The notes beneath the pieces are model-generated. The model saw nothing but the letters and a program-made list of their open reading frames with translations. It ran no database searches and was not told where the DNA came from. From the IMG/VR virus record IMGVR_UViG_3300045988_081205: a stretch of DNA of 64,000 bases; one strand, 5' to 3'. The position numbers and the translations under genes are program-made. The DNA is from a virus. Of the stretch, positions 1 to 8,949 are shown one piece after another. The first letter of the stretch is position 1. Each line of letters opens with the position of its first letter.

Positions 1-186
1 ATGGCAACAAAACGAGTATGTGACCGCTGCGGGGCGGAGATAAACCCCACAAGCTCTGCGACGTATGTAAACGTACGAAGCGCGTTCCATGAGGAATCAC
101 CTGATATTGAGCTTTGCTGTTCGTGCGCGATGCAAATCAGAGAATGGCTTAAGCCACGTGTAGAGGAGAGCAAGAAGAATGACTAA
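1..186 (+). CDS. small zinc-ribbon protein, function unknown
   Basis: ORF track; CDRCG...CCSC cysteine pairs; same architecture as ORF 39519..39716; ATG sits at window edge so true N-terminus may lie upstream. Confidence 0.5.
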   Translation: MATKRVCDRCGAEINPTSSATYVNVRSAFHEESPDIELCCSCAMQIREWLKPRVEESKKND

Positions 187-460
187 ACTAAAGCCGTGCC
201 CGTTCTGTGGTGGTAAAGTTAGTATTATTCTGTGTGATGACGAAGGGAATCTGCATGATGAATCATATAGAGAACATCCCTATAGTGGACTTGGCTTTAT
301 GCTTCATCACGGTCATGAGGAAAATCCGGGATGTCCGATTGCAAGCTATGAGTGTGATGGCGGGATTTTAGGTGGTGTATATATTTATGACACAGAAGAA
401 CAAGCTGCTGAAGCATGGAACAAGAGAGATGAAAATTATGATGAAGGTGCATTTTGGTAA
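179..460 (+). CDS. Lar-family restriction alleviation-like protein
   Basis: N-terminal LKPCPFCGG and C-terminal AAEAWNKR resemble the hallmark ends of the Lar family; overlaps upstream ORF by 8 nt. Confidence 0.55.
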   Translation: MTKLKPCPFCGGKVSIILCDDEGNLHDESYREHPYSGLGFMLHHGHEENPGCPIASYECDGGILGGVYIYDTEEQAAEAWNKRDENYDEGAFW

Positions 461-513
461 TATGGTAAGTTGATATGCATCAATTATTGAAGCATGGAAT
501 AGGAGGGCTGATA

Positions 514-792
514 ATGATTTGGCATTATCCAACGCTTAAAGATGATGGGTGGCATCCATCTAAAGATGAAGCGTGGCCTGTTGGTGGAGCATATCATATT
601 TTACAAATGAAAGAAACCCCAAATAGCTTGTATGCATATAACGATGATGATTTTATTGTCGCTTATTACAACAATCTGTTAGAATGTTGGGAAACAGAGA
701 GTTGTATGGATTATATTCAGTGGGAAGATGTGAAACGCTGGTGTGTGCTCACAGACAGAGAAGGTAATCCAGTAAAAGATATGGAGGGTTGA
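514..792 (+). CDS. hypothetical protein
   Basis: ORF 475..792; preferred ATG 514 is 6 nt after AGGAGGG (501-507). Confidence 0.55.
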   Translation: MIWHYPTLKDDGWHPSKDEAWPVGGAYHILQMKETPNSLYAYNDDDFIVAYYNNLLECWETESCMDYIQWEDVKRWCVLTDREGNPVKDMEG

Positions 793-794
793 TA

Positions 795-1073
795 ATGCGG
801 CTAATTGATGCTGATTGGGTACTTGAGCATACCAAACCGTATGAATTATCAGACGAAGATTGGAGCGTAACTGGCGGTACGGCAATTCGGCTTATTCATA
901 ATGCTATTGACCAAGCACCAACTATTGATGCAGTTCCAGTAGTGCGGTGTAAGGATTGTGAACATTTCAGAACGAATGATGAAAATGTACCATATTGTCT
1001 TAATCCATTTGGATTAGACGACCCTGAACCAAATGGATTCTGCAATTATGGGAGGGAGAAAGATGTGGAATAA
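795..1073 (+). CDS. hypothetical Cys-rich protein (PVVRCKDCEH motif)
   Basis: ORF 789..1073; ATG 795 follows GGAGGG (783-788) and upstream stop 790-792. Confidence 0.55.
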   Translation: MRLIDADWVLEHTKPYELSDEDWSVTGGTAIRLIHNAIDQAPTIDAVPVVRCKDCEHFRTNDENVPYCLNPFGLDDPEPNGFCNYGREKDVE

Positions 1074-1371
1074 ATTTAAGCATTGGCTGATTAGAAAATT
1101 GGGTGGTTATGTTGCGCCATGTATTAAATGCAATGAATATAAAAAAACGTTGTTGCAAGTAGATAGACACGCTGAAAAGTTGGTTGGTCTGGTAGACATA
1201 AATGCGCATCCTTGGTTTGATAACGCGCCAGAAGAAAAACGAATTGAGATTGGTAAGATTTATGTTATTGAACAAATGAGAAAATTGCTAATTGACAATG
1301 ACTATATTAAGTATGAATATGGAGATGATGGAATTTTGTGCGGAACATTGATGGTGGTGAAACAGCCATGA
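1063..1371 (+). CDS. hypothetical protein
   Basis: ORF 1033..1371; ATG 1063 preceded by GGGAGGGAG. Confidence 0.5.
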   Translation: MWNKFKHWLIRKLGGYVAPCIKCNEYKKTLLQVDRHAEKLVGLVDINAHPWFDNAPEEKRIEIGKIYVIEQMRKLLIDNDYIKYEYGDDGILCGTLMVVKQP

Positions 1372-1673
1372 AAATTACAATGAATGCAAACGAAGTATCA
1401 GTATGCGATGGATGCTCAAATTGGCGCATCTGCAAATTTAGTGAAGATGTGAAACGAGCTGAAACAGAATATAGGCAACTAAGAGAAAGTGCGAATTGGC
1501 CTGAATGTGTAGAAACGACGCTAGGATGTAAATATAAGCAGTATGTGACAAATTGGAGTAGTGCTGAACTTTGCACTGGTCAAAAATACGAGTATGATGG
1601 ATTAACATATGTGCCCACAGGTGATCCGCCATTTATTTATAATGAAGGCTTAGATTGTAATACAACTGAATAA
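1368..1673 (+). CDS. hypothetical Cys-rich protein
   Basis: ORF 1338..1673; ATG 1368 overlaps upstream TGA (ATGA coupling). Confidence 0.5.
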   Translation: MKITMNANEVSVCDGCSNWRICKFSEDVKRAETEYRQLRESANWPECVETTLGCKYKQYVTNWSSAELCTGQKYEYDGLTYVPTGDPPFIYNEGLDCNTTE

Positions 1674-1677
1674 AATG

Positions 1678-1730
1678 AAATCTGCCCCAAGACCCTATAT
1701 ATGTAGGGAATAAATTGGGGCAGATTTTTT
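1678..1730. terminator. bidirectional intrinsic terminator
   Basis: 12-bp stem AAATCTGCCCCA (1678-1689) / TGGGGCAGATTT (1716-1727) with inner CCCTA/TAGGG stem and flanking A/T runs; lies between convergent genes. Confidence 0.7.
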
Positions 1731-2763
1731 ATTGTTTTTCACTAGCAACTAAATCCTTGAGCTTGTCGCTCTGCTTATTGCTCATATTGATGTCAACAAA
1801 TTCGCGCCGCTGTTTGCCTGTAATACAACTAAGCTGGCTAGTTTGAATAATCTTGGTACACGCCTCTTTATTGATTTTCTCAAAGCTGGGATAATGCTCA
1901 TAGACATCTAATAGCCGGTTAGCTATCCATTCCTTTGTTGCTGGCTTAATGATATAGACTTCTTTGATTTTAACATATTCGCCACTAAATGCCTCTTGAG
2001 TTAATTGAGCAAGCCGCGCCTCAAATGCCTTATATTGATCTGCTGACACGTATGGTTTATAGACCCTATTATCTATGACCTTGCCCCAATTTAGCGGCAT
2101 TATCTCATTGACGGCTTTTGAATAGATGGATAGGCAGGTTTGATGATCCGGGCTATCTTCTGGTACATCGTATGTTTCGAGCCATGTTTCTTTTGTTTCA
2201 AGGTTGCTCCGTTGCTTATAGAGCCGATAGCCTCTATTCAGATCAATGACATATCGGTTCTTCATGGTTAGCAATTTGCGCCTAGTCCATTGAGCAAGAA
2301 TATTATATACCACGCCATTAACCAAACTCATATAGCCATAATGCTCTGAATTTTCTACGGCTTGACTATATGTATAGCTGAAATTATCATTGACCTCTTG
2401 GAACATTCTGAGCAAATTGCTGGTTGACGCATATATGGTGGCGCAGTTGGTCTTTAGAAATATTTGATAAAGGGCGGCTTCAAATGCGGCTTGATATGAA
2501 TCTTTATCTAGTTCATTGATAAGGGCATCAGCTTCAGGATAGACCTCTTGGACAATATAGCGAGTTGGATGTTCTAGAGTATCTAGCTGACAGTAGTTAC
2601 GGATTTTATCTAGCTGAGAAATCTTAGTGTTGCCAGATTTGGTTGGGATGTCTAATGCGCGGCATAATTCTGGATATTTCAATTCGCGCCCCTCTATTTT
2701 GATAAGAGCATCAATTAACTTATTGTCTTCGTTTGATGGTAGATATTTTGGTTTGCTTGTCAT
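1729..2763 (-). CDS. hypothetical protein (344 aa), the only minus-strand gene in the early block
   Basis: ORF 1729..2811; ATG at 2763 preceded by AAGGAAG; no family recognised. Confidence 0.6.
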   Translation of the reverse strand: MTSKPKYLPSNEDNKLIDALIKIEGRELKYPELCRALDIPTKSGNTKISQLDKIRNYCQLDTLEHPTRYIVQEVYPEADALINELDKDSYQAAFEAALYQIFLKTNCATIYASTSNLLRMFQEVNDNFSYTYSQAVENSEHYGYMSLVNGVVYNILAQWTRRKLLTMKNRYVIDLNRGYRLYKQRSNLETKETWLETYDVPEDSPDHQTCLSIYSKAVNEIMPLNWGKVIDNRVYKPYVSADQYKAFEARLAQLTQEAFSGEYVKIKEVYIIKPATKEWIANRLLDVYEHYPSFEKINKEACTKIIQTSQLSCITGKQRREFVDINMSNKQSDKLKDLVASEKQ

Positions 2764-2779
2764 ATTTTCTTCCTTTCTA

Positions 2780-2865
2780 TTTTTGTACATTGATGTAAAA
2801 TTTTTGTACATTGCGTGACACTATAATAATACTAACGTATTATATTAGTATCATCGATTGTACAA
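2780..2865. repeat. TGTACA-containing operator-like repeats
   Basis: 13-mer TTTTTGTACATTG at 2780-2792 and 2801-2813 (21 nt apart) plus TTGTACAA at 2858-2865, just upstream of the minus-strand gene start. Confidence 0.4.
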
Positions 2866-3835
2866 CTTTTTTATCATCATCTAATTATACCATATTCTAA
2901 TCATCTATTTGTTAACAAATTGTAAATTATTACGATAGTGTATGGGGGAAATTTTTGATATTGATAAGAAAAAATAAAAATCCACCTCAATCCATTACAT
3001 GCTCTGTGATTTATTATTACTTGTGATAATATGTATCTGATTACAGGGTCTATGATTTGTTGTGCTAAATGCCATTTTCATCCATTTCTACCATTTTCAT
3101 CCATAACCATGCCCCCCGTCCTGGAAAATACTGCTAATAGTAAAAACACCTGGAAATAGCACTTTTCCACTGTATCAGGCTATTTATAGTCATTAAAATG
3201 ACCATACGGTCAGTTTACACATTGTAGACTAAAGTCGACTGATCGAAAAATCCAAACATCAACAGTCCAAAATTGGATATGTAGCACGCTACGTATTACA
3301 CATATCGCATTTTTTGGTAAACACCATTTACCTTTATATGCTAACCAATATAATGCATGATAACATCTAATGCGCAACACAAGATATCGTATTCAATGCT
3401 ATTATATCGATATCAAAATACTGTTACTTGTAACCATATTGTAACTATTTTAATCAATACACTATATAGCTATATATATATCAATATAATCTATTGATAA
3501 AAATATGCAATAGTCAATAATGAATATCTATTCAGTATATTCATATCATAACTATACAATAATCCATATAATTCTAGTATATTCTAACTTTTTGAGTGCA
3601 TATCATAGCTATTTAATATCAAAACAGTAAATATTGAAATTGTATAGAATATGAATAAATAAATACTTATCTTTGCCGTATGTTTTTACGTCTTGATCTA
3701 AAAGCCGCGTTATGGGGCTTCTAGCGCCTCTCAGCAGCATTGCCGTTGTCCAGCTATTATATACTATATATATAAGAATATCCATTTTGTCAATTTGCAT
3801 AAAATCAGACGCACTTTTTTGTGCAATATTCCGAC

Positions 3836-3863
3836 TTGCAATTTGGTAGTAAGCTGCTATAAT
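3836..3863 (+). promoter_or_regulatory. sigma70-type promoter
   Basis: TTGCAA, 16 nt, TGcTATAAT. Confidence 0.5.
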
Positions 3864-3889
3864 AATAAACGTAAGGAGGACGTAAACAA

Positions 3890-4024
3890 ATGGAAAATCA
3901 ATACACAATTAAAAAAGACCGTGAACATTATGTGATTTACAAAAATGGAAAATTTTTAGCAAGCGCGGACACAAAAACAGAAGCCGAAGAAATTATTGAG
4001 GAAGAAGAGGAGCGCGGGAAATAA
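3890..4024 (+). CDS. hypothetical 44-aa protein (MENQYTIKKDREHYVIYKNG...)
   Basis: Below ORF-track cutoff; ATG 3890 is 7 nt after AAGGAGG; stop overlaps hairpin GCGGGA/TCCCGC (4013-4030). Confidence 0.5.
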   Translation: MENQYTIKKDREHYVIYKNGKFLASADTKTEAEEIIEEEEERGK

Positions 4025-4085
4025 TCCCGCCTCCACCATAAAAAAATAGACAAAAACATTAAATCAATTTTGTGCAATCAGCCGA

Positions 4086-4114
4086 TTGACAGTATAAAAA
4101 ATATCGGTTATACT
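4086..4114 (+). promoter_or_regulatory. sigma70-type promoter
   Basis: TTGACA, 17 nt, TATACT. Confidence 0.55.
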
Positions 4115-4162
4115 TAAGTCACAAACAAAACAAACAAAAAACATTTTAGGAGGAAACAAAAA

Positions 4163-4549
4163 ATGGAAAGATACAATTATTTGGAAGAAGTTACCAACGA
4201 CGCAAAACAAGCAATTCTTAAAAACCTGGACAACTGGAACTTTTCAGACCGCGAAGAGCTGGAAGAAGTTGCTAATGATAAACTGTGGATTGACGATAGT
4301 GTAACCGGTAACGCAAGCGGCAGCTACACGTTTAACGCGTGGCAAGCGGAAGAAAATATTTGTCATAACATGGACGAACTGGAAGAAGCTTGTGACGAGT
4401 TCGGACAGGATATCGGCGAAGCAGTAAAACAGGGTGCGGAATATTGCGATGTAACTATTAGATGCTATTTGTTAGGACAGGCAATCAGCGCCGCCGTTGA
4501 CGAACTGGAAGAAGAAGGAAAAATTCATTATCCAGAAGAAGAAGAGTAA
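4163..4549 (+). CDS. highly acidic hypothetical protein
   Basis: ORF track; AGGAGG upstream; about 34 D/E versus 8 K/R by my count. Confidence 0.65.
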   Translation: MERYNYLEEVTNDAKQAILKNLDNWNFSDREELEEVANDKLWIDDSVTGNASGSYTFNAWQAEENICHNMDELEEACDEFGQDIGEAVKQGAEYCDVTIRCYLLGQAISAAVDELEEEGKIHYPEEEE

Positions 4550-4634
4550 ACATTCCCGCGCGGTTTTCTAGGCCGTTTTCCGTCAAAAAGCGGCACTCAA
4601 TGAACATTTTTTATAAAAAAGGGAGAAACTTAAA

Positions 4635-5177
4635 ATGAAAAACACTGTGAAGCACATTATCTGGAGTTCTTGGATCAATGAAGATGAGTGGAGAGACAAT
4701 GTCAAAGATGAATGTAAAGAAAATGGTATCGAGTACGACGAAAAAGAACTTTACCGTATGGCCTATGAGTTGAATAGCTATTATCTGGAAGATGAGCGCA
4801 TGAACCTTGATATTGACATTCCTAGCGGGATTATTGCTATCGCTGATTTAGGACTTTGGAATGGACGGCATACAGGGTATAAAGAAATCGGAAATAACAT
4901 TGCTGATTGCCTGTATTATAACACGGATGAAGCGGAGTTTTGGGTTGACATGCACGGTGTTTTCCATGCGTCTATGTCGCATCACGACGGGGTTAATTAT
5001 GTGGTATTTAAGGCATGGAAAGACGGCGTAACAGATGAACAGAAGGAAAACGTGATGGATGCTATTTATTGCGGCCAGTGTACCGAAAGAATGTTGCGCC
5101 GTTATACTCGCAACTTGGGCGGCGATATTGCGAAAGTATATGGCTGGCGGATCAGCACTGGAAAAAAGGAGGCATGA
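4635..5177 (+). CDS. hypothetical protein
   Basis: ORF track; GGGAGA upstream. Confidence 0.65.
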   Translation: MKNTVKHIIWSSWINEDEWRDNVKDECKENGIEYDEKELYRMAYELNSYYLEDERMNLDIDIPSGIIAIADLGLWNGRHTGYKEIGNNIADCLYYNTDEAEFWVDMHGVFHASMSHHDGVNYVVFKAWKDGVTDEQKENVMDAIYCGQCTERMLRRYTRNLGGDIAKVYGWRISTGKKEA

Positions 5178-5305
5178 AGGCAATGAAAAAATCAAGACGC
5201 CGTCTAAATCCCATTTACTGGATTTTCCAGTATTTGGGCGGTCTGGTAGCTATTGGAAGTTTGTTTTTCATTCCATATCTAGCAGCAAAAGTTTTAGGGA
5301 GTTAA
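5174..5305 (+). CDS. small membrane protein (43 aa)
   Basis: ATG 5174 after AAGGAGG, ATGA overlap with upstream stop; hydrophobic core IYWIFQYLGGLVAIGSLFFIPYL. Confidence 0.45.
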   Translation: MKAMKKSRRRLNPIYWIFQYLGGLVAIGSLFFIPYLAAKVLGS

Positions 5306-5308
5306 ATT

Positions 5309-5515
5309 ATGCATACTGTGAAATATTGGGATTCAAAATTGTACAAACTCCAGAAATTGGCAGATTCTATAAACTACCATATTGATAGCGATACAGATTA
5401 TTTACAAATTTGTAAATTATTGCCAGCGTCAAGAAGCAAGCCCGCACCCGTCGATATTCTGCCACTTTTTTACAAGGTGGTCGAGCGGGTACAGAGTGTA
5501 AAAAATTGTAAATAA
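5309..5515 (+). CDS. hypothetical protein
   Basis: ORF track; tightly packed. Confidence 0.45.
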   Translation: MHTVKYWDSKLYKLQKLADSINYHIDSDTDYLQICKLLPASRSKPAPVDILPLFYKVVERVQSVKNCK

Positions 5516-5531
5516 TAGGGAGGATTTTACC

Positions 5532-5717
5532 ATGGAAAGAAATAGAAAAATCCGTTGCTATGTCAATAATGAATATTGCTTTACTACAACAAAATTTCCA
5601 AATCAGAAGGCATTGAAAAATTATATAAGAAGCGTAAAACATATTGAAATTGCGTCAATTCCTATGAAATATGTGACGATTTACAACTATGATAAATTAA
5701 CTTTTGAATACGTCTAA
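5532..5717 (+). CDS. hypothetical protein
   Basis: ORF track; GGGAGG upstream. Confidence 0.5.
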   Translation: MERNRKIRCYVNNEYCFTTTKFPNQKALKNYIRSVKHIEIASIPMKYVTIYNYDKLTFEYV

Positions 5718-5735
5718 CTAGGGGGAGATTTTACC

Positions 5736-6050
5736 ATGTTATTTTATGGAAAATATGAGAACGGGCGGCGCTATATTTGCGCGTATGATGAAGAAAAGCA
5801 CGGATTCCCGCGCGTGGTATCGGACAACTTGACATTCATATATCACAACTCTGTTAGTGTAAACCGCGTTTATAAAACAGAGCGGGAAGCAATGGCGAGC
5901 AGTTGGAGTAAGTATAGCAATAAGCCCGTTATCATGCCGGACGGCACGGAGACAACGCCCGCGCGTTATTTTGGAACGGAAAATATAAACAACGTGTTTA
6001 TCCCATGGTATGACGTAAAGGGCGAACTTTGGCCGGGTGAGACGGCATAG
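5736..6050 (+). CDS. hypothetical protein
   Basis: ORF track; GGGGGAG upstream. Confidence 0.55.
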   Translation: MLFYGKYENGRRYICAYDEEKHGFPRVVSDNLTFIYHNSVSVNRVYKTEREAMASSWSKYSNKPVIMPDGTETTPARYFGTENINNVFIPWYDVKGELWPGETA

Positions 6051-6159
6051 AAAGCCCGCCACACCGCAAACAGAAAAGACAAGTAAACATAGCCGGACGC
6101 GCTGAAAAGCCCGTAGCAAGGCGCTGAGCGGCTGAGAATATGAGAAGGAGTAAATTATC

Positions 6160-6378
6160 ATGATGAAAACTACACAAAAAGCAATCCGCGAAACGTGCGC
6201 AACGAATATCACAAATTATAGTTTTGATCAAGCTAACGACTTGATGAATACGCACACCCTGCGAACCGTTGCAATGTCCTATGGTGTATACGGCATGAAC
6301 GGCGCACTGTTTGAAGATGAAAACGGAGAACTATATAAAATCACGGCGCGGAATAGTACGCTTTTCCAGATGTGTTAA
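6160..6378 (+). CDS. hypothetical protein
   Basis: ORF track; AAGGAG upstream. Confidence 0.55.
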   Translation: MMKTTQKAIRETCATNITNYSFDQANDLMNTHTLRTVAMSYGVYGMNGALFEDENGELYKITARNSTLFQMC

Positions 6379-6399
6379 AACAGAATCACGCTTTACAAA

Positions 6400-6436
6400 C
6401 CCGTTGGCGGTCTGCTGGCGGGCTTTTCTTTGTTTC
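6400..6436 (+). terminator. intrinsic terminator
   Basis: GC-rich hairpin CCCGTTGGCGG...CTGGCGGG followed by CTTTTCTTTGTTT. Confidence 0.6.
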
Positions 6437-6614
6437 CCTATGTTCCTATAGCTCTAGCATAGTTCGCGCCGTGTAAAGCCGTTAGAGTCGCCAGAAGAGT
6501 ATTGTACAATATGCATAACTGACACGGACTTGTATTGTGAAATCTGCACAATTTCCAACTTTTCAGGCCATTTCCATTTTTTTCACAAGTTCGGTTAGAC
6601 GGATTTAACTATTA

Positions 6615-6807
6615 CATTTTCCCACCATGCTTTGCCCAAATGAAGTGAAAAATCGATGGGTCGAGCGGGCATAAGTATGAGTGTGCCTTACATTTTTTAC
6701 ATTTTTCCCAGCAATATACAGTACATATAATAGCTTGGCGCGAAAAAAATCGAGCTGGATTTTCTCATGTGCGCGTGTGCGGATTAGGTCAAACGAATTT
6801 TCCCCCA
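6615..6807. repeat. degenerate ~90-bp tandem units
   Basis: CATTTTCCCA (6615), CATTTTTCCCA (6700), AATTTTCCCCCA (6796), each followed about 40-70 nt later by AAATCGA; GGCTCAAATCG also repeated at ~6865 and ~6913. Confidence 0.35.
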
Positions 6808-7058
6808 GTAATATATGCCTATATACAATCATAGCGGCGTGGCGTGGCTTAAAACAGGTGTGGCGGCTCAAATCGACTATGGGTATATCTTGCATAGGGT
6901 GAATGCGAACGTGGCTCAAATCGGCACAGACGGCGCGACATGGTTATGATGGAATCTGCGCTCACAGCTTGTTTATTTTATATCGGAGCAATAAGCAAAT
7001 GTTTGTCATGTTTATGCCGAACTCAGAACAACTGACAACCGCACATTATTTTATGATA

Positions 7059-7133
7059 GAAAAATGTGTGAGTGTGCAAAAATCTCCTACGAAAAATGTG
7101 AGGATGTGTGTGAATATTCATATGAAAAATGTG
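7059..7133. repeat. three iteron-like 10-mers
   Basis: GAAAAATGTG at 7059, 7091 and 7124 (spacing 32 and 33 bp), each followed by a related purine/T-rich tail. Confidence 0.55.
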
Positions 7134-7456
7134 AATGATATTGACTTTGATACGAATATAAATTATGATATGTGCATGAAAGTAATGTATATATTTATAG
7201 ATATAAAGCTATGTATTGTTGATAAATACATCTATCTATATCATGCGTATTATTTATGTGCATGATGATGTAGATGTATCTGCATATGAATTTGTAAATG
7301 TATATGTAGATGATAATGGATATGTATATAGATATTTATGTATGCACGAGTCACAAAATGAAAAATGACTTTCGAGATTGTAAATATATGTGGAAATTGA
7401 AATTCTAAAATCGGAATTGATATTTACAATTCCAAAATGAAAATCAAAAATCGTAC

Positions 7457-7485
7457 TTGACAAATAGAATCAAATGTGGTATATA
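7457..7485 (+). promoter_or_regulatory. sigma70-type promoter
   Basis: TTGACA, 17 nt, TGgTATATA; 7-bp inverted repeat GGAATTG/CAATTCC at 7413-7433 just upstream. Confidence 0.55.
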
Positions 7486-7530
7486 CATATATAGAGGTGT
7501 GAATTGAAAATTGAAAAAGGAGAATCGACA

Positions 7531-8265
7531 ATGAAAAATGAAATTCGATATATGATTGCAGGAATTGGATTGGCATTGATTGGATTTACAGCTTGTGGTG
7601 GATTCATCTATACGCAGATTCAAGAATACAATTCAATGATGGAGCAACGGCGCGAATCTGAGCCGGTTGTCAAATGGATTAAATGCAAGCCGATTGAGAC
7701 AACTGAAATTGAATATCAGCAAAATGATGATGTAGTCATGATGGATACTGTAGTGACTGAGATCGAACCTGAATCGCAGACCAAAGAACAGGAATCAGAA
7801 TCCACATTCGTCTATAATCCGCCATTTCACCTGACAGAATATGAAACATGGTTTGTTAATTGTGTGGTAGCTGGTGAAGCTGCTGGTGAGCCATATGAAG
7901 GTAAGGTGGCTGTTGCTCAATGCTATTTTGATGCAATGCTCAAGGACGGCTTGTCTGCTACAGAAGTAAAATTGGCATATGGATATAGTGGCTGGAATGA
8001 GAATCTGGATAAGCAAGACCCTAAAGCATATGATGAAGTCAAAAATGCTGTAATGGATGTGTTTTATGGCGGTAAATTCGTAACCGATAAGCCGATTCTA
8101 TATTTCTATAATCCTGCATATGGCTATAGTGATTGGCATGAGGCTCAGGAATATTGGGGAAGCATTGCTAACCATAAGTTCTTTTATCTTGCTGAAGATG
8201 AAAATGCAGAATGGGCAAAGATTTTCTTGACAAAAGTAAATGAATATGGTATAATTGAGCCGTAG
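7531..8265 (+). CDS. membrane-anchored SleB-like cell wall hydrolase
   Basis: ATG 7531 after AAAGGAG; N-terminal TM segment YMIAGIGLALIGFTACGGFIY; VVAGEAAGEPYEGKVAVAQC resembles the Hydrolase_2 (SleB) core. Confidence 0.6.
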   Translation: MKNEIRYMIAGIGLALIGFTACGGFIYTQIQEYNSMMEQRRESEPVVKWIKCKPIETTEIEYQQNDDVVMMDTVVTEIEPESQTKEQESESTFVYNPPFHLTEYETWFVNCVVAGEAAGEPYEGKVAVAQCYFDAMLKDGLSATEVKLAYGYSGWNENLDKQDPKAYDEVKNAVMDVFYGGKFVTDKPILYFYNPAYGYSDWHEAQEYWGSIANHKFFYLAEDENAEWAKIFLTKVNEYGIIEP

Positions 8266-8275
8266 GTGATGATAT

Positions 8276-8851
8276 ATGTATGTACTCTATAACAATAAAT
8301 ACTATCTTATGCAGAATGCAATTAAGCAATTCGTCCCAACGCCTGAATTAAACGAATCATTTCAATTCAATGATAAAATCAAAGCTGAAAATGCGCTTGC
8401 TAATCTTCCAAAGCAGACGCGCAATCTAGGCTATTTTGTGCAACAGATTGATGCACCATCTAAACCCGTCGATTTCGACCAGTTTACAAATGTAGACCTA
8501 GTGGATTATGATTCAGCATTGGCGCAAATCGGCTTATTTTGTGACCTGCATGATCAGCTTGTAGCAAGGGCAACATGGGTTGAATATAAACTGCAAGAGG
8601 TGGATAACAAAATTCAGGATGTGCTTCATGCTATTGAGTTTAATTCATACAATGCTAGAGATGGATATAAAATATATAAGCTGCTACATGATTTACGACT
8701 TGAACGACGCAAATATAAAGACGAGCAAATTATAGCTGATGTGATGAAAAGCGGCTTTGCTGGTTCAAATTGGAAATTGGCTAGAACTAGAGTAGACGAT
8801 CTGAAAGATAGACAATATCATGTTAGAGAAATGGAGGAGCTGTTTGAATGA
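8276..8851 (+). CDS. hypothetical protein
   Basis: ORF track; AGGTGATG upstream. Confidence 0.6.
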   Translation: MYVLYNNKYYLMQNAIKQFVPTPELNESFQFNDKIKAENALANLPKQTRNLGYFVQQIDAPSKPVDFDQFTNVDLVDYDSALAQIGLFCDLHDQLVARATWVEYKLQEVDNKIQDVLHAIEFNSYNARDGYKIYKLLHDLRLERRKYKDEQIIADVMKSGFAGSNWKLARTRVDDLKDRQYHVREMEELFE

Positions 8852-8931
8852 ATATTGCAGATATTCTAGGTGCAATTCTAATCATTGGAGGGGCATTGCT
8901 TTGTCTATTGCCATTTTTACCTTTGAAATAA
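8848..8931 (+). CDS. 27-aa hydrophobic peptide
   Basis: ATGA overlap with upstream stop; MNIADILGAILIIGGALLCLLPFLPLK. Confidence 0.35.
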   Translation: MNIADILGAILIIGGALLCLLPFLPLK

Positions 8932-8949
8932 TATGGAGGAATTGTTCAA

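Noticed and set aside
3609-3908. 99-aa minus-strand ORF in the AT-rich gap
   Set aside because: It has no SD and overlaps the promoter and SD of the plus-strand 44-aa gene. Its composition is typical of random AT-rich sequence.
5739-6255. Minus-strand ORFs of 157 and 85 aa
   Set aside because: They are antisense to well-packed plus-strand genes with SD sequences, and they overlap each other.
6605-7463. Several 69-120 aa ORFs on both strands
   Set aside because: They lie in the repeat and AT-rich intergenic region, overlap one another, lack SD sequences and have odd composition. They are better explained as noncoding repeats or iterons.
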